A stretch of DNA of 64,000 bases, from NCBI GenBank assembly GCA_016931965.1, contig JAFGDT010000041.1, forward strand, positions 18,851-82,850. Direction: 5' to 3'. The stretch is from a bacterium (GTDB lineage Bacteria > Zhuqueibacterota > QNDG01 > DSAB01). How positions within the stretch are numbered: the stretch's first letter is position 1; each line of letters opens with the position of its first letter. The notes under the pieces are model-generated. The model made no database searches and was not told where the DNA came from. It saw only the letters and a list, made by a program, of their open reading frames with translations. Below are positions 22,738 through 34,470 of this stretch, piece by piece. The position numbers were made by a program, and so were the translations under genes.

Positions 22738-23472
22738 TCACATACCCATAAAACCACCAAAAAGACTTCCAAAGGTCACACTGAGAATAATATAAATCGC
22801 CCATAGAGAGATCACGAGTGTAGCCGCCTTTTTGGTTGTAAATTGGTAAACAACCGCCAAACCAATACAATAGAGCGCTATGGTCCAGATGGTAAACAGA
22901 TCAAATCGGGTAAACAATTGATAGAGAAAAGATGGATTTTCTCCCGGTTCGGGCAGGGGAAGAAGAATAGCCAGACTTGTTGTCACACCCTGCATGGTGC
23001 CTTTTGAAAGAATAAGGGGTATTTTGATAAGTCCGCCCAAAATGCCGATGAGACTGGTCCATGCGACCACACTAAAAATTTTCTTGAATTTGGCCTCGCC
23101 CCCCATAACGGTATTCCCCCCGAAAAGAAACACAGCTGACACAACAACCCAGCTAACCAGTGTACCGATGATTATGAAAACACCACTTACATACTTTCCA
23201 ATTGTCTGATAGTTCGACTGCGCCTCTATCTGCTCCTGAGAAACGCCCCTGGCCTGCTGCTGGGCAATTTGATCTTTAAGCACAATATCCATCGCTAAAA
23301 AAGTGAAAACAATAGCAAACAAGATACTGATGATAAATGGAACCAGCCATGTCGGTTTTTGACGAATACTCTCAAATGTTTCTCGCGGCGACGTAAATAT
23401 TCCGATGATTCGGCCAACAGGACTGATCTCTTTTGTTGACTGAGTTTCAGGATTCGTGGTATTATTGGCCAT
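22738..23472 (-). CDS. Yip1-family integral membrane protein
   Basis: 244 aa with five or more transmembrane segments, a cytoplasmic N-terminal segment and a DUF1282/Yip1-like layout. Confidence 0.5.
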   Translation of the reverse strand: MANNTTNPETQSTKEISPVGRIIGIFTSPRETFESIRQKPTWLVPFIISILFAIVFTFLAMDIVLKDQIAQQQARGVSQEQIEAQSNYQTIGKYVSGVFIIIGTLVSWVVVSAVFLFGGNTVMGGEAKFKKIFSVVAWTSLIGILGGLIKIPLILSKGTMQGVTTSLAILLPLPEPGENPSFLYQLFTRFDLFTIWTIALYCIGLAVVYQFTTKKAATLVISLWAIYIILSVTFGSLFGGFMGM

Positions 23473-23776
23473 TGGATCCTCCTTTACTGAATAACCGGTC
23501 GACTAATGACTGACCAGTCAGTCATACTATTGGTACGTTGTTCTACAAAATATGTTTCATAAAAATGCCCATATCTCTGAAAAATGATATAAATAGATAT
23601 TTCCTTCACGACATACCCGCATTGTTCGTCAAATGGAACGACTACTAAAAATGGATACGAAATTCAGATACCATATGTTTCAAAACAAAGCCCTTACATT
23701 CATACAAAATGATCCCTATAATATTAAACAATGAAAACGCATATAAACTTGTTTATAGATGAATAAAATGGGACTT

Positions 23777-25261
23777 TTACACTCCATGACTGTTCCCCTG
23801 TTGCGCATGGCTCCCCATTTTTGAATCTGTGTCTGCCTTCTCATTGCAGTGTGAAAGCACATCATCCTTGATCGTCATCAGATACCGGTAGGCCGCATCA
23901 TGCTCATTTTTGACTTGGCCCTCCAGAATGGCCTCTTCAATCATGCTTTTCAATTTTCCCACAAGTGGACCGGGACCGATACCACAGACCTCCATGATTT
24001 CCTCCCCGCGGACAGGTGATTGAAACGCGCGTATGCGGTCTTTTTCTTCCACCTCTTTCATTCGATTAATCAAATACTCAAAATTGTTCAAATATCTCTT
24101 TACCCACTTCGGATTTCCTGATGTGATATCCGCCCTGCAGAGTTTCATCAGATCGTCAATCTTTTCCCCGGCCTGAACGATGAGACGGCGAATGGCCGAA
24201 TCGGTCACTTCCTCTCCGATCAACTGAATCGGACGCATATGCAGATGGATCAACTTCTGACTGTACTTTCGATATTCTTTGGGAAGTTTCAACCGGTTGC
24301 ATATTTTTTTAGACAGCCTTTCACCGACGAGTTCATGCCCATGAAAAGTCCACCCTGTTCCTTCTACAAATTGTTTCACTCTTGGCTTTCCAATATCGTG
24401 AATCAGGCCGACAAATCTTAAACGAGGATTGTCGCTTATCCTGGCTAAATTGTCCACCACCTTCATCGTATGTTCAAATACATCCTTGTGGTGATAGGTA
24501 TCCCTCTGTTCGATACCGACCAAATCGATGAGTTCGGGGAAAACGATATCCAGTACGTGTGTTTGTTTGAGTATTTGAAATCCAACGGAAGGACGAGGAT
24601 GGGAGAGAATCCTGAACAGTTCATCGGTAATTCTTTCCTGTGAAACGATTTTGAGACGTTCTCTCTGGTTCTCCATGGATCTGATAATTTGGGGATTAAC
24701 CCGAAAAGAAAGTTGACTGGCAAAACGGGCTGCACGCAGGATGCGCAGTGGATCATCAGAAAATGTCCGATCAGGATCCAAAGGCGTACGAATCGTCTTT
24801 GCTTTCATGTCTTTCAGACCACCGAAAGGATCAAGAATCTTGCCAAAATTGTCCTTGTTGATACCCAAAGCCAGCGTATTGATTGTGAAATCCCTGCGCT
24901 CAAGATCGGACAGGATGTCACTTTTTTCAATAATCGGTTTTCGCGATTCTTTCTCATAACGCTCCTCCCTGGCAGTTACAAATTCCAGTTTGACATCATC
25001 GACAATAAGAGAGGCCGTCCCAAACTGTTCATAAACAACCAGTCCGTGACCATGCAACTGTTGCTTGACCTTTTTGGCAAAGAGAGGACCATTCTCCCCA
25101 ACGACAAAATCAATTTCTTTCGTTTCCTTTTTTAAAATCTGATCACGAACATATCCGCCCACTGCATAGACCGATATCTTTTCACGATCGGCAATCTGCC
25201 CGATCTGCTTCAATATTTTTTCATGGCTTATTGGACAAATTTTTTTTACTCGATTTGTCAA
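23777..25261 (-). CDS. cca: CCA-adding enzyme (tRNA nucleotidyltransferase) with an HD domain
   Basis: N-terminal polymerase-beta head VYAVGGYVRDQIL...EIDFVV and an HD motif region LIHDIGK. Confidence 0.8.
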   Translation of the reverse strand: MTNRVKKICPISHEKILKQIGQIADREKISVYAVGGYVRDQILKKETKEIDFVVGENGPLFAKKVKQQLHGHGLVVYEQFGTASLIVDDVKLEFVTAREERYEKESRKPIIEKSDILSDLERRDFTINTLALGINKDNFGKILDPFGGLKDMKAKTIRTPLDPDRTFSDDPLRILRAARFASQLSFRVNPQIIRSMENQRERLKIVSQERITDELFRILSHPRPSVGFQILKQTHVLDIVFPELIDLVGIEQRDTYHHKDVFEHTMKVVDNLARISDNPRLRFVGLIHDIGKPRVKQFVEGTGWTFHGHELVGERLSKKICNRLKLPKEYRKYSQKLIHLHMRPIQLIGEEVTDSAIRRLIVQAGEKIDDLMKLCRADITSGNPKWVKRYLNNFEYLINRMKEVEEKDRIRAFQSPVRGEEIMEVCGIGPGPLVGKLKSMIEEAILEGQVKNEHDAAYRYLMTIKDDVLSHCNEKADTDSKMGSHAQQGNSHGV

Positions 25262-25295
25262 CGATTCACTCTACAATTCTTTTAATACAATTGAT

Positions 25296-25610
25296 TTATT
25301 CGATAACGACAGCAGTCCCATAGACCAAAATTTCAGCGGCACTGGACATCATGTAGCTCGTGGAAAAACGAACGCCAACTACGGCATTGGCGCCCAATTT
25401 TTCCGCTTCTTCAATCATTCGGTCGATGGATTGCTCACGCGCCTCGGCCATCATTTTGGTATATCCTTCAATTTCGCCTCCAACAACATTTTTTAAGGCG
25501 GCCAAAATATCCCGTCCAATGTGTCGTGCCCGTATGGTGTTTCCCCTGACCAAACCCAACGATTTGACAATCCTTTTATTCGGGATCTCTTCCAAGGTGA
25601 CATAGATCAT
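25296..25610 (-). CDS. YbjQ/UPF0145 family protein
   Basis: 104 aa with LGLVRGNTIRARHIGRDI...GGEIEGY...GANAVVGVRF...YGTAV. Its start overlaps the stop of the anti-sigma gene. Confidence 0.8.
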   Translation of the reverse strand: MIYVTLEEIPNKRIVKSLGLVRGNTIRARHIGRDILAALKNVVGGEIEGYTKMMAEAREQSIDRMIEEAEKLGANAVVGVRFSTSYMMSSAAEILVYGTAVVIE

Positions 25611-26071
25611 CTCTGAACCTCCTTGTACCTTTCATTCTTTTTCAGATACAATTTTTCACGTATAACGGAAATCAGCAAAATAAAAAGGCCGAGTAAAGTT
25701 CCAAATATGCCCAACTTGAGAATAAGAGGGATGTTTGTATCTTGCCATAAATCAGAAACCAGTTGAACGACACCATACACAATCAAAATGCCCACCCCCA
25801 CAGTGAAAATCAGCCATGCCAAACTCCGTTCAATACGGTTGTATATACTGTACCAGTAGGTTTCCCAGATTTCGGAATCGGGTTTCTTCAATGCCATTTT
25901 ATTCGTCACCTCCTTCAGCTGCTTAAATGATTGAAAATCGGACAAACAATCCGGAAATTCTTTTAAAAGGCGCTGCAACTCCTCTTTTTCAGATGGTGAG
26001 ATCTCACCATCGATTTCAGCCATCATGAGAAGATGACAACGTTCTTGTTTGTCCAATGGTTGATCAATCAT
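25607..26071 (-). CDS. Putative membrane-anchored anti-sigma factor
   Basis: 154 aa. It lies immediately downstream of the ECF sigma gene with an ATGA overlap. It has a cytoplasmic N-domain and two transmembrane helices. Confidence 0.5.
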   Translation of the reverse strand: MIDQPLDKQERCHLLMMAEIDGEISPSEKEELQRLLKEFPDCLSDFQSFKQLKEVTNKMALKKPDSEIWETYWYSIYNRIERSLAWLIFTVGVGILIVYGVVQLVSDLWQDTNIPLILKLGIFGTLLGLFILLISVIREKLYLKKNERYKEVQR

Positions 26072-26634
26072 AATTTGTTTTTGAATTGATGAGCCATTTT
26101 TTTTCTCGCAGTGTACAATCGTGACATGACAGTACCCATCGGGATTTCCAGCAGATCGGCGATTTCCCGATAGCTCATCTCTTGAAACTCCCTGAGGAGA
26201 ATGATTTCTTTTTCATTTTCCGGTAATTCCTGTATGGTTCTCCAAATACACTCTGCAAGTTCTCTCTTTTCGAATAGGCTATCAGGGTGATTGCTCTCTT
26301 CATCACGAAGTTCCAACAATTGACGGCCTGATATCTCCGAAAAAGCATATACATTCTTTTTCTGATCCCTTAAAAAATTATAACAACAATTCCGCAAAAT
26401 CTGATAAAACCATGTAAAAAATTTTTTCTCCGGATCAAATCGCTTGATGGCCTTAAAAGATCGTACAAACGCCTCTTGGGAAAGATCCATTGCATCTTCG
26501 TGAACGCCAACAAATCCCAAGGCGACAAAATAAGCCCGCTGCATGTACCGCTTGACAATGAGACCGAAAGCCTGTTTATCACCTTTTTGAGATGAAAGTA
26601 TTAGAGCTCGATCATGAATGGTATCAATTTCCAA
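26068..26634 (-). CDS. ECF-type RNA polymerase sigma-70 factor
   Basis: 188 aa with region 2 YFVALGFVGVHEDAMDLSQEAFVRSF and region 4 LSYREIADLLEIPMGTVMSRL. Confidence 0.85.
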   Translation of the reverse strand: MEIDTIHDRALILSSQKGDKQAFGLIVKRYMQRAYFVALGFVGVHEDAMDLSQEAFVRSFKAIKRFDPEKKFFTWFYQILRNCCYNFLRDQKKNVYAFSEISGRQLLELRDEESNHPDSLFEKRELAECIWRTIQELPENEKEIILLREFQEMSYREIADLLEIPMGTVMSRLYTARKKMAHQFKNKL

Positions 26635-26758
26635 ACTCCAATTTTGTTCTCATACCATGATACACACAATCCACTCAAATATTTGATACATGATAGAAAA
26701 TATCAATTTTGTTTCAGCGACAATTTCAAAAAGCAAAAATCCGGTTCATTGGAAACGC

Positions 26759-27754
26759 CTAAATTGATTGGCGCACAGCTTTTCGATACCAGTCAGCCGT
26801 TCTGCGAATGGCTTCGTCAATATGCACTTTGGGTTCATACTCCAATTCGCGGCGAGCTTTCTCAATACTGAAATGAAAATCCTTCCGAAGATGGGCAACA
26901 ATGTACCGGGTCACAGGGGGTCGGGATCGAATTCGAAAAAGACGATACACAAATTCCATTGTCGATGCCAATGCGTAGGCAATCGACGGACGGACCGACC
27001 ATCTGGGCTGGGGAACATCCAGAGCCTTTGTGAGTTTTTCAAAATACGCGCGCCAAGTCAGTCGAATGCCATCGGTGATGATATACGCTTGACCGGCGGC
27101 GTTCTTGCGGATTCCTGCCAGGATCAGTCCGTCGGCCAAATTCTCGACATAGGTAAAAGCACCTAATGTCTGTCCTCCTCCGATGGTGGCCATTTTCCCG
27201 GTTTCAAGTAATTTGGCCATTTTGAGCAGACTCGTTCGATCCCCCGGTCCAAACACATCTCCCGGCCTGACAACCGTTGCCTCTATCTGTTTTTGATGAT
27301 GCACTTCCATTACCAGCGCTTCGGTCTCCCGTTTGGTTTGACAGTACGGAAAGGGCGTTGGCAGCTGCGGAGAATCCTCGCTCATTTCTTGAGCACCAAT
27401 GAAACTGTGAACAGCAACCGAACTGACATAGACAAAACGGTTGACTCCTGCACGGATGGAGGCATTGAGCAAATTTCGCGTACCTTCAACATTGACCCTT
27501 CGAAACATCTTGAGGGATCCCCAATCCGAAACAGCCGATGCCACATGATAAACCAGCTCAATCCCATCGACGGCACGGTCCAAGGATTCGGGGGATTCCA
27601 ATGATCCCACCACTTTTTGAATAGAGATGCCCTCAAGCAATGTCAGATCACTTGTTTCCCTGACCAGCCCCCGAACCCGGTCTCCCCGCTCAACAAGTTT
27701 TTTACAGAGAGCTGCTCCAACAAACCCGTTCGCTCCTGTAACCAGGACCTTCAT
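26759..27754 (-). CDS. NAD-dependent epimerase/dehydratase of the SDR superfamily
   Basis: N-terminal VLVTGANGFVGAAL Rossmann motif and the extended-SDR length of 331 aa. Confidence 0.8.
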   Translation of the reverse strand: MKVLVTGANGFVGAALCKKLVERGDRVRGLVRETSDLTLLEGISIQKVVGSLESPESLDRAVDGIELVYHVASAVSDWGSLKMFRRVNVEGTRNLLNASIRAGVNRFVYVSSVAVHSFIGAQEMSEDSPQLPTPFPYCQTKRETEALVMEVHHQKQIEATVVRPGDVFGPGDRTSLLKMAKLLETGKMATIGGGQTLGAFTYVENLADGLILAGIRKNAAGQAYIITDGIRLTWRAYFEKLTKALDVPQPRWSVRPSIAYALASTMEFVYRLFRIRSRPPVTRYIVAHLRKDFHFSIEKARRELEYEPKVHIDEAIRRTADWYRKAVRQSI

Positions 27755-27764
27755 ACCGAATCAC

Positions 27765-28532
27765 TCACCCGCTCAATCGCAAAGTCACAAAAATATCTGT
27801 TCCAATACCGACAATGGCATGCAGAATAATCGGATAGATAATCGACCGTGTTTTTATGGCCAAATAGCCGAAAGCGAGACCGGCAAATATGGCCCCAAAG
27901 CTTTCACTCGCGGGTTTACCGACGTGAATAATCGCCGACGGAATCATCTGGATCAATATGGCTGTGGATGCACCAAAACGCTTCTCAAGTCCGAATAACA
28001 TAAAGCCTCTGAATAAAAACTCCCAGCTCATATAGTAAATGAGATAGAAAACCTCCACGATTAAAAAGAGATAAATGTGCCCCATTGAGCTTTTTGCCAA
28101 CGGATATTCCGACTGGATGCCTGAACCGGAAGAACCGACATAGGCTGCCCAGATAAAAACCGGCAACACCAGGGCAATGAATCGCCACCCATATCGGGCA
28201 TCCCCTTTTTGAAATCCAAAATCGCGTATTCGTTTTTTAAAAAACATTCTGATAATAAAAAAGGGGACCCAGAACATGAGAAGAAACGCGGTTAAATATT
28301 CATATACGGCGCTGTAAAAATCTTGATTCCATCGACTGTGAAATCCCTTAAAAACCTGACCGAAATCGGCCTGTTTCCCGTAGTAGACCCATATGGTCAG
28401 GATGACGGGCACGATCAAAAGGATAAAAGAGGATTCCGGATCGCGTTGTTTAAAAAGCGACTTAAAGTTAATGGCATTGTTCTCTTTTCCCCTTTTTTGT
28501 TTTTCTGTCATTTCAGAATATTTGCTCTCCAT
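27765..28532 (-). CDS. CPBP-family intramembrane metalloprotease (CAAX protease/Abi)
   Basis: Multi-transmembrane protein with EE..FR-like and HxxxN/H motifs: WEFLFRG and IILHAIVG. Confidence 0.65.
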   Translation of the reverse strand: MESKYSEMTEKQKRGKENNAINFKSLFKQRDPESSFILLIVPVILTIWVYYGKQADFGQVFKGFHSRWNQDFYSAVYEYLTAFLLMFWVPFFIIRMFFKKRIRDFGFQKGDARYGWRFIALVLPVFIWAAYVGSSGSGIQSEYPLAKSSMGHIYLFLIVEVFYLIYYMSWEFLFRGFMLFGLEKRFGASTAILIQMIPSAIIHVGKPASESFGAIFAGLAFGYLAIKTRSIIYPIILHAIVGIGTDIFVTLRLSG

Positions 28533-28598
28533 AAGATCACCTCAATCAGTGAGACTTTTTGAATGGGTATAGGTCAGCCAATGGGTTGTTGACGACGC

Positions 28599-29912
28599 TC
28601 AAGGTTTATCCAAAACGCTTCCCTTCTTAAGATCATTTTTCTTCAACAACAACGCAAAAGCCAATCCACATAAACCCAGCATAGCGAACATGATCATACT
28701 TGTCATATAGGATTGGGTCAGATCCCTGAGGACGCCGTTCAAAAGAGGGAAAAGACCCAAACCGATATTTTGAATCATCGTCATGAGTCCATAAGCCGTT
28801 CCGACATATTTTTTTTGAACAATAAGGGGAACGGAGGGCCACATAGCTGCAGGCACAAAGACAAATGCGATACCCAAAAAAATCATGGGATAGGCTGGAT
28901 AAACAGAAGTCAGCCCAAGGATTAAATAACTGGGTATCATGACAATCGACCCAAATATCATCAATGAGGCACGACGTCCAACTTTATCAACCAGGTGTCC
29001 TGCAAAAGGAGCCAATATCATCGATGCAAAAATGATAATTGACGTGATTCCTCCCGAAGTGCTGAACATATGCAAAAAATTGTTGAATATCTGACTTAGA
29101 AAATATCCCGAGACCTCTGCGGTTCGTGCAATACCCCATTTATCGACAAAGAAATCTGTGGAAAGTGCGGTGAAAGGGAATATGGCTGAATAAAAGGCGG
29201 TACAGAGCAGTGTGATCATCCAGAAGCTTCCACCAAAATATTTGATATCGCGAAGCACGATCTTTTCCTCACCCTCTTCATCCTTCAATTTCAAAACGGT
29301 CTCACCATGTTTGTCCATGAGAATATAGACAATATTCGCCAAAAGAGAAATGAGACAAAACAGCATGGCGGCAATCAATGCGTAATGGTAGCCGCCGAAA
29401 TGGCTGGCAATGAGTTCACCCGTATTGAAACTGAACAGAGTACCGAGACGACTGACGGTCAGCGTAATACCAAAAGCAAGAGCCATCTCCTTTCCCTTGA
29501 ACCACCGCGCGACGATAGCCACCTGCGCCACAATGAGCGGCTCGGAACCGGCCCCAAAAACAAACCGTCCGATAAAAAGAACGGGCAGGCTATTGGAGAA
29601 TGCGACAATACAGGCCCCCACAAAGACAAGAATGGAAAATGCGATGCTGGCTATCCTTGTACCCAATCGGTCAATCAGAAAGCCACCAATAAAAACAGAA
29701 AGAATGGCAGCGATACTGTACATGGTGTACATCGTGCCGACCGTCCCCCTTTGAGCACCCATCTCTTCGATGAGACTCGGAGCTACGGCTCCAATGACAT
29801 CATAGGCAAAGTAGCTTCCAAATGTGAGCAGACTCACAAACAGCAATATGGTAAATCGGTAAAGTTTCGTAGCGGGATGGAAAAAGGAGTTCGAGTCGAG
29901 TGATTCTTTCAT
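28599..29912 (-). CDS. MFS transporter
   Basis: 437 aa with about 12 transmembrane segments and a D-R/K motif FLIDRLGTR after TM2. Confidence 0.8.
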   Translation of the reverse strand: MKESLDSNSFFHPATKLYRFTILLFVSLLTFGSYFAYDVIGAVAPSLIEEMGAQRGTVGTMYTMYSIAAILSVFIGGFLIDRLGTRIASIAFSILVFVGACIVAFSNSLPVLFIGRFVFGAGSEPLIVAQVAIVARWFKGKEMALAFGITLTVSRLGTLFSFNTGELIASHFGGYHYALIAAMLFCLISLLANIVYILMDKHGETVLKLKDEEGEEKIVLRDIKYFGGSFWMITLLCTAFYSAIFPFTALSTDFFVDKWGIARTAEVSGYFLSQIFNNFLHMFSTSGGITSIIIFASMILAPFAGHLVDKVGRRASLMIFGSIVMIPSYLILGLTSVYPAYPMIFLGIAFVFVPAAMWPSVPLIVQKKYVGTAYGLMTMIQNIGLGLFPLLNGVLRDLTQSYMTSMIMFAMLGLCGLAFALLLKKNDLKKGSVLDKP

Positions 29913-29921
29913 GGTTGTACC

Positions 29922-32900
29922 TCAAACCTTAATGGAATGATATCCCTGAAGATGACCCACTTCTAGATTTTTTGCCTGAAGCGTCCTGATGGCTTGAACA
30001 GTAGCCCACGAAGCCGATAATGTGGTCAAACAGGGAACATGATAGGTCATGGCCACGCGTCCGATCATATATTCATCGTATCGTGATACTTTTCCAAGAG
30101 GTGTATTGATGATGATCTGTATCTCGCCATTGATAATCAAATCCAAAGAATTGGGTCTGCCCTCTTTCACTTTGCAAACGGACTTTGCAGGGATACCGGC
30201 TCTCCGGAATGCACGATAAGTCCCCTGGGTAGCCAGAATACCGAATCCCAATTCATACAATTGCCTGGCGATAGCCTTGGCTTTTTCTTTATCATTGTCA
30301 TTCACACTGATGAATGCATTGCCTTTTGTGGGAATATCCTGGCCTGCTGCGAATTGTGCCTTGGCAAACGCGCCACCGAAAGTAAAATCCATTCCCATGA
30401 CTTCCCCGGTCGAGCGCATCTCCGGGCCGAGATAGGTTTGTACATTGGGAAACTTGATAAAAGGGAAAACCGGTGTTTTTACAGCGATATGGTTATTACG
30501 AGGCGGCTCTTTAATTCCCAGCTCTTTGAGCGTTCTTCCAATCATAATTTTGGCTGCAATTTTTGCCCAGGGAATACCTGTCGCTTTGCTGACAAAGGGA
30601 ATGGTTCGGGATGCCCTGGGATTGACTTCCAAGACATAGATAACGCCGTCTCTCAGAGCAAATTGCACGTTGATCAATCCCTTGACGTTAAGCATCTGTG
30701 CAAGCAATTTTGTCTGTTCGACGATCGTTTCATAATCTTCATCACTGATCATATAGGGAGGCAGTACGCAGGAACTGTCCCCTGAATGGATGCCTGCCTC
30801 CTCGATATGCTGCATAAAACCGCAGATGAGTGTTTCATGACCATCACAAATGGCATCGATATCAAATTCAAAGGCGTCCTCTAAAAAAGTGTCTATCAAA
30901 ATGGGATGATCGGGTGACACCGAAGCTGCTTCATGAATGTATTTTTCGAGAGATCCTTCATCATAGACGATTTCCATGGCTCGACCGCCTAAAACATATG
31001 AGGGTCTTACCAGCACAGGATATCCAATTTTTGAAGCCACTTTTTTGGCCTCTGCAAAATCAAATGCGGTTCCCCAATCGGGCTGTTTGATATTCGAATT
31101 CTTAATCAAACTCCCGAACCGTTTTCGATCCTCTGCCAGATCGATCGACTCCGGAGAGGTGCCCAAAATCGAAATGCCTGCCCTCTCCAAACCTTTCGCC
31201 AATTTTAACGGTGTTTGACCGCCAAACTGAACAATGACACCATCCGGTTTTTCGAAAAAAATGATATGAAGAACATCTTCAAGTGTCAATGGTTCAAAGT
31301 ACAACTTATCCGCTGTATCATAATCGGTTGAAACGGTCTCCGGATTGTTGTTGATCATAATGGTTTCATAACCCTCTTCACGAAGGGCCATAACAGCATG
31401 AACACAGCAATAATCAAATTCAATACCCTGGCCGATACGATTTGGCCCGCTTCCCAAAATAATAGCCTTGGGTCGATCGTTACACCGCACCTCATTCTCT
31501 GTTTCATAAGTCCCATACAGATAGGAAGTCTCCGATTCAAATTCCGCACCACACGTATCCACGGTTTTATAGACAGGCAAAATGCCACTCTTTTCTCTCA
31601 TGCGTCGGATTTCTTCCTCCGAACTCCCGATCAATTGTGCCAAACGTCGATCAGAAAAACCCAATCGTTTACTTTTCTTCAGAACGATCGGATCTTTTAT
31701 GTGCTTGGCGTTGAACTGTTTTTCAAAAAGAATAATCTCGTTTAACTGGCCTAAAAACCAGGGATCGACACCGGTCATTTTATGCACATATTCGATCTCG
31801 ATTCCCCTCCGCAGTGCTTCGCCAATTTGCCATAACCGTTGATCAGAGGGTTTTCTCATTTCATCAATGAGTTTTTCTTGATCCATTCCCGTTTCAAATT
31901 CAAACCCATAACAATCGATCTCAAGCGACCTCAATGCTTTCTGCATCGCTTCCTTAAAAGTTCGGCCAATGGCCATGGTCTCACCCACTGATTTCATCTG
32001 GGTACCGAGGAGGCGGTCGGTCTGAGGAAATTTTTCAAAATTCCAGCGTGGCACTTTGACAACGACATAATCAATGGTCGGTTCAAATGAAGCGGGTGTT
32101 TTGCCTGTAATATCATTGGGAATTTCATCTAATGTAAGACCCACGGCCAATTGGGCCGCGATCTTGGCAATTGGGAATCCCGTCGCTTTCGACGCCAGAG
32201 CGGAACTTCTCGAAACCCTGGGATTCATTTCAATCACAACCATACGGCCGGTTTTCGGATTGACCGCAAACTGAATATTTGATCCTCCAGTCTCCACGCC
32301 GATCTCACGGATAATGGCTTTGGCCGCATCTCGCATGAGTTGATATTCACGATCGGTCAGGGTCTGCACAGGTGCCACTGTAATGGAATCGCCCGTATGA
32401 ATCCCCATGGCATCAAAATTCTCTATGGAACAGATGATGACAACATTGTCTTTCAGGTCGCGCATCACCTCCAGCTCAAATTCCTTCCAGCCGATAATCG
32501 ATTCTTCAATAAGCACTTCGCCGATGGGACTGTTGTTTAATCCCCATTTGACCTGTTCCCTGTACTCTTCGACATTGAAAGCGATGCTGCCACCCGTACC
32601 TCCCAGCGTGTAAGCGGGTCGGATAATGGCCGGAAAACCCACTTCCTGAATCAAATCGGCGGCTTCATCCAAATTTTTGGCGAATCTCCCCTTCGGCAAG
32701 TCGAGTCCGATTTTCACCATAGCCTTTTTAAAGAGTTCCCGGTCTTCGGCCTTTTGAATGGCTTCCAGCTGAGCACCGATCAGCTCGACTTTGTACTGAT
32801 CCAAAAACCCTGACTCGGCCAATTCCACCGTCACATTGAGACTGGTCTGACCTCCCATTGTGGGCAGCAGAGCATCCGGCCGCTCTTTTTCGATCACTTT

Positions 32901-33125
32901 TTTTACAGTTATTGCATTAATCGGTTCAACATATGTCCGGTCCGACAACTCTGGATCGGTCATAATGGTTGCCGGATTTGAATTGATCAGAACCGTTTCA
33001 TATCCCAATTTTTTGAGCGCTTTGACGGCTTGCGTTCCCGAATAATCAAACTCACAGGCCTGGCCTATGACGATCGGCCCAGACCCGATAATGAGTATCT
33101 TTTTGATGTCCGTCCTTTTGGGCAT
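29922..33125 (-). CDS. carB: Carbamoyl-phosphate synthase large subunit
   Basis: 1067 aa with duplicated ATP-grasp halves ([21 protein letters not shown] and [18 protein letters not shown]) and a C-terminal MGS-like domain. Confidence 0.95.
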   Translation of the reverse strand: MPKRTDIKKILIIGSGPIVIGQACEFDYSGTQAVKALKKLGYETVLINSNPATIMTDPELSDRTYVEPINAITVKKVIEKERPDALLPTMGGQTSLNVTVELAESGFLDQYKVELIGAQLEAIQKAEDRELFKKAMVKIGLDLPKGRFAKNLDEAADLIQEVGFPAIIRPAYTLGGTGGSIAFNVEEYREQVKWGLNNSPIGEVLIEESIIGWKEFELEVMRDLKDNVVIICSIENFDAMGIHTGDSITVAPVQTLTDREYQLMRDAAKAIIREIGVETGGSNIQFAVNPKTGRMVVIEMNPRVSRSSALASKATGFPIAKIAAQLAVGLTLDEIPNDITGKTPASFEPTIDYVVVKVPRWNFEKFPQTDRLLGTQMKSVGETMAIGRTFKEAMQKALRSLEIDCYGFEFETGMDQEKLIDEMRKPSDQRLWQIGEALRRGIEIEYVHKMTGVDPWFLGQLNEIILFEKQFNAKHIKDPIVLKKSKRLGFSDRRLAQLIGSSEEEIRRMREKSGILPVYKTVDTCGAEFESETSYLYGTYETENEVRCNDRPKAIILGSGPNRIGQGIEFDYCCVHAVMALREEGYETIMINNNPETVSTDYDTADKLYFEPLTLEDVLHIIFFEKPDGVIVQFGGQTPLKLAKGLERAGISILGTSPESIDLAEDRKRFGSLIKNSNIKQPDWGTAFDFAEAKKVASKIGYPVLVRPSYVLGGRAMEIVYDEGSLEKYIHEAASVSPDHPILIDTFLEDAFEFDIDAICDGHETLICGFMQHIEEAGIHSGDSSCVLPPYMISDEDYETIVEQTKLLAQMLNVKGLINVQFALRDGVIYVLEVNPRASRTIPFVSKATGIPWAKIAAKIMIGRTLKELGIKEPPRNNHIAVKTPVFPFIKFPNVQTYLGPEMRSTGEVMGMDFTFGGAFAKAQFAAGQDIPTKGNAFISVNDNDKEKAKAIARQLYELGFGILATQGTYRAFRRAGIPAKSVCKVKEGRPNSLDLIINGEIQIIINTPLGKVSRYDEYMIGRVAMTYHVPCLTTLSASWATVQAIRTLQAKNLEVGHLQGYHSIKV

Positions 33126-33170
33126 TCATCTCCTATCTACGTTAATGTGAAATGAACAACATCCGGTTGT

Positions 33171-34301
33171 TTATGATTGTTCTTGACCCGCCATCATGGT
33201 ATAAAATTGTTTAAAAAGATACAACGAATCATGCGGACCGGGAGAAGCTTCGGGATGGTACTGCACGGCAAATATGGGCAGTTCTTGATGGGCGATCCCT
33301 TCCACAGTGCCGTCATTCAGGTTACGGTGTGTGACAGCCAGCCCTGCTCGATCCAATTGACCGGCATCGACGGCAAAATTGTGATTTTGCGCGGTGATTT
33401 CTATCTCCCCGGTTTTCAAACACATGACGGGATGATTGCTTCCGTGATGCCCGAACTTCATTTTGTACGTCTTGATACCGAATGCGAGACTGATAATCTG
33501 GTTTCCCAGACAGATGCCAAAGATGGGATAGTCATCGCGTAATTTTCGGACATTTTCAATCACATAGGCAATGCCTTCCGGGTCTCCGGGACCGTTCGAA
33601 AGAAAAATACCATCCGGTTTCATCTCGCGGATCTCCTCGGCCATGGTTGAAGCGGGAACAACCCGGATATCCATGCCGAACGAATACATTAATCGACAGA
33701 TGTTCTGTTTGATGCCAAAATCATAGGCAACAACCTGAAACCGTTTATGCCCCACTGGGCGAATGGAATTATAATACCAGCTCGGTTGAATATCGGTTTG
33801 CCACTTTTCCTGTTTCCTCTGGGTGACAAATTGCACCAGATCCCTTCCCACGATCTTGGGGGATTCTTCAATGCGTCTGCTCAATTCTGCAATGGTCAAG
33901 CCTTCCGTTGAAAGGACGCCCATCATGGATCCTCTTTCCCGGATATGCCGAGTCAGCTCGCGTGTATCAATCTGATGAATCCCCTGAACAGAAAATCGTT
34001 TCAAATAATGATCCAAATTCTCTTCGGATCGATAGTTGCTCGGGACAGTGCACAATTCTCTCACGATAAGTGCTTCAATCTGCGGCTTGGTGGACTCCAC
34101 ATCCTCATGATTCATGCCGTAATTGCCGATATGGGGATAAGTCATGGTGACCATTTGCCCTTTGTACGAAGGATCTGTAATGACCTCTTGATACCCCGTC
34201 ATGGCGGTATTGAAAACAACTTCACCCACTGCTGTCCCCTCAGCTCCGAATCCCTCACCGTAAAACATTTTTCCATCTTCTAAATAGAGCACTGCTTCCA
34301 T
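33171..34301 (-). CDS. carA: Carbamoyl-phosphate synthase small subunit (glutamine amidotransferase)
   Basis: 376 aa. GATase catalytic Cys in GICLGNQ, and His/Glu near the C-terminus. It lies immediately upstream of carB. Confidence 0.95.
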   Translation of the reverse strand: MEAVLYLEDGKMFYGEGFGAEGTAVGEVVFNTAMTGYQEVITDPSYKGQMVTMTYPHIGNYGMNHEDVESTKPQIEALIVRELCTVPSNYRSEENLDHYLKRFSVQGIHQIDTRELTRHIRERGSMMGVLSTEGLTIAELSRRIEESPKIVGRDLVQFVTQRKQEKWQTDIQPSWYYNSIRPVGHKRFQVVAYDFGIKQNICRLMYSFGMDIRVVPASTMAEEIREMKPDGIFLSNGPGDPEGIAYVIENVRKLRDDYPIFGICLGNQIISLAFGIKTYKMKFGHHGSNHPVMCLKTGEIEITAQNHNFAVDAGQLDRAGLAVTHRNLNDGTVEGIAHQELPIFAVQYHPEASPGPHDSLYLFKQFYTMMAGQEQS

Positions 34302-34470
34302 GATGATTGGCCATCCTTTTATTCGATTGCTTCATCCGGTTGTACGGATTGTTTAATTTTTTAATATACCAAAGTGGTTCACCTTATGCAAGAAACAAAA
34401 AAGCCCTCATTCGCAAACAAGTGAAAAAGGGCCAACCACAGACATTTCTTTGATCTCACTCTCCCCAAAT

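Noticed and set aside
21374-22870. Long 498-aa version of the TolC-like ORF
   Set aside because: The first 55 codons (MYWFGGCLPIYNQKGG...) precede an obvious signal peptide beginning MKQYLF at 22705 and would bury it. The longer ORF is an artefact of longest-ORF calling.
34397-34440. Putative terminator downstream of prfA: GCCCT ... AGGGC followed by a T-run on the minus strand
   Set aside because: The stem is only 5 bp with a loop of about 20 nt. That is too weak to list as a confident feature, though the U-tract is present.
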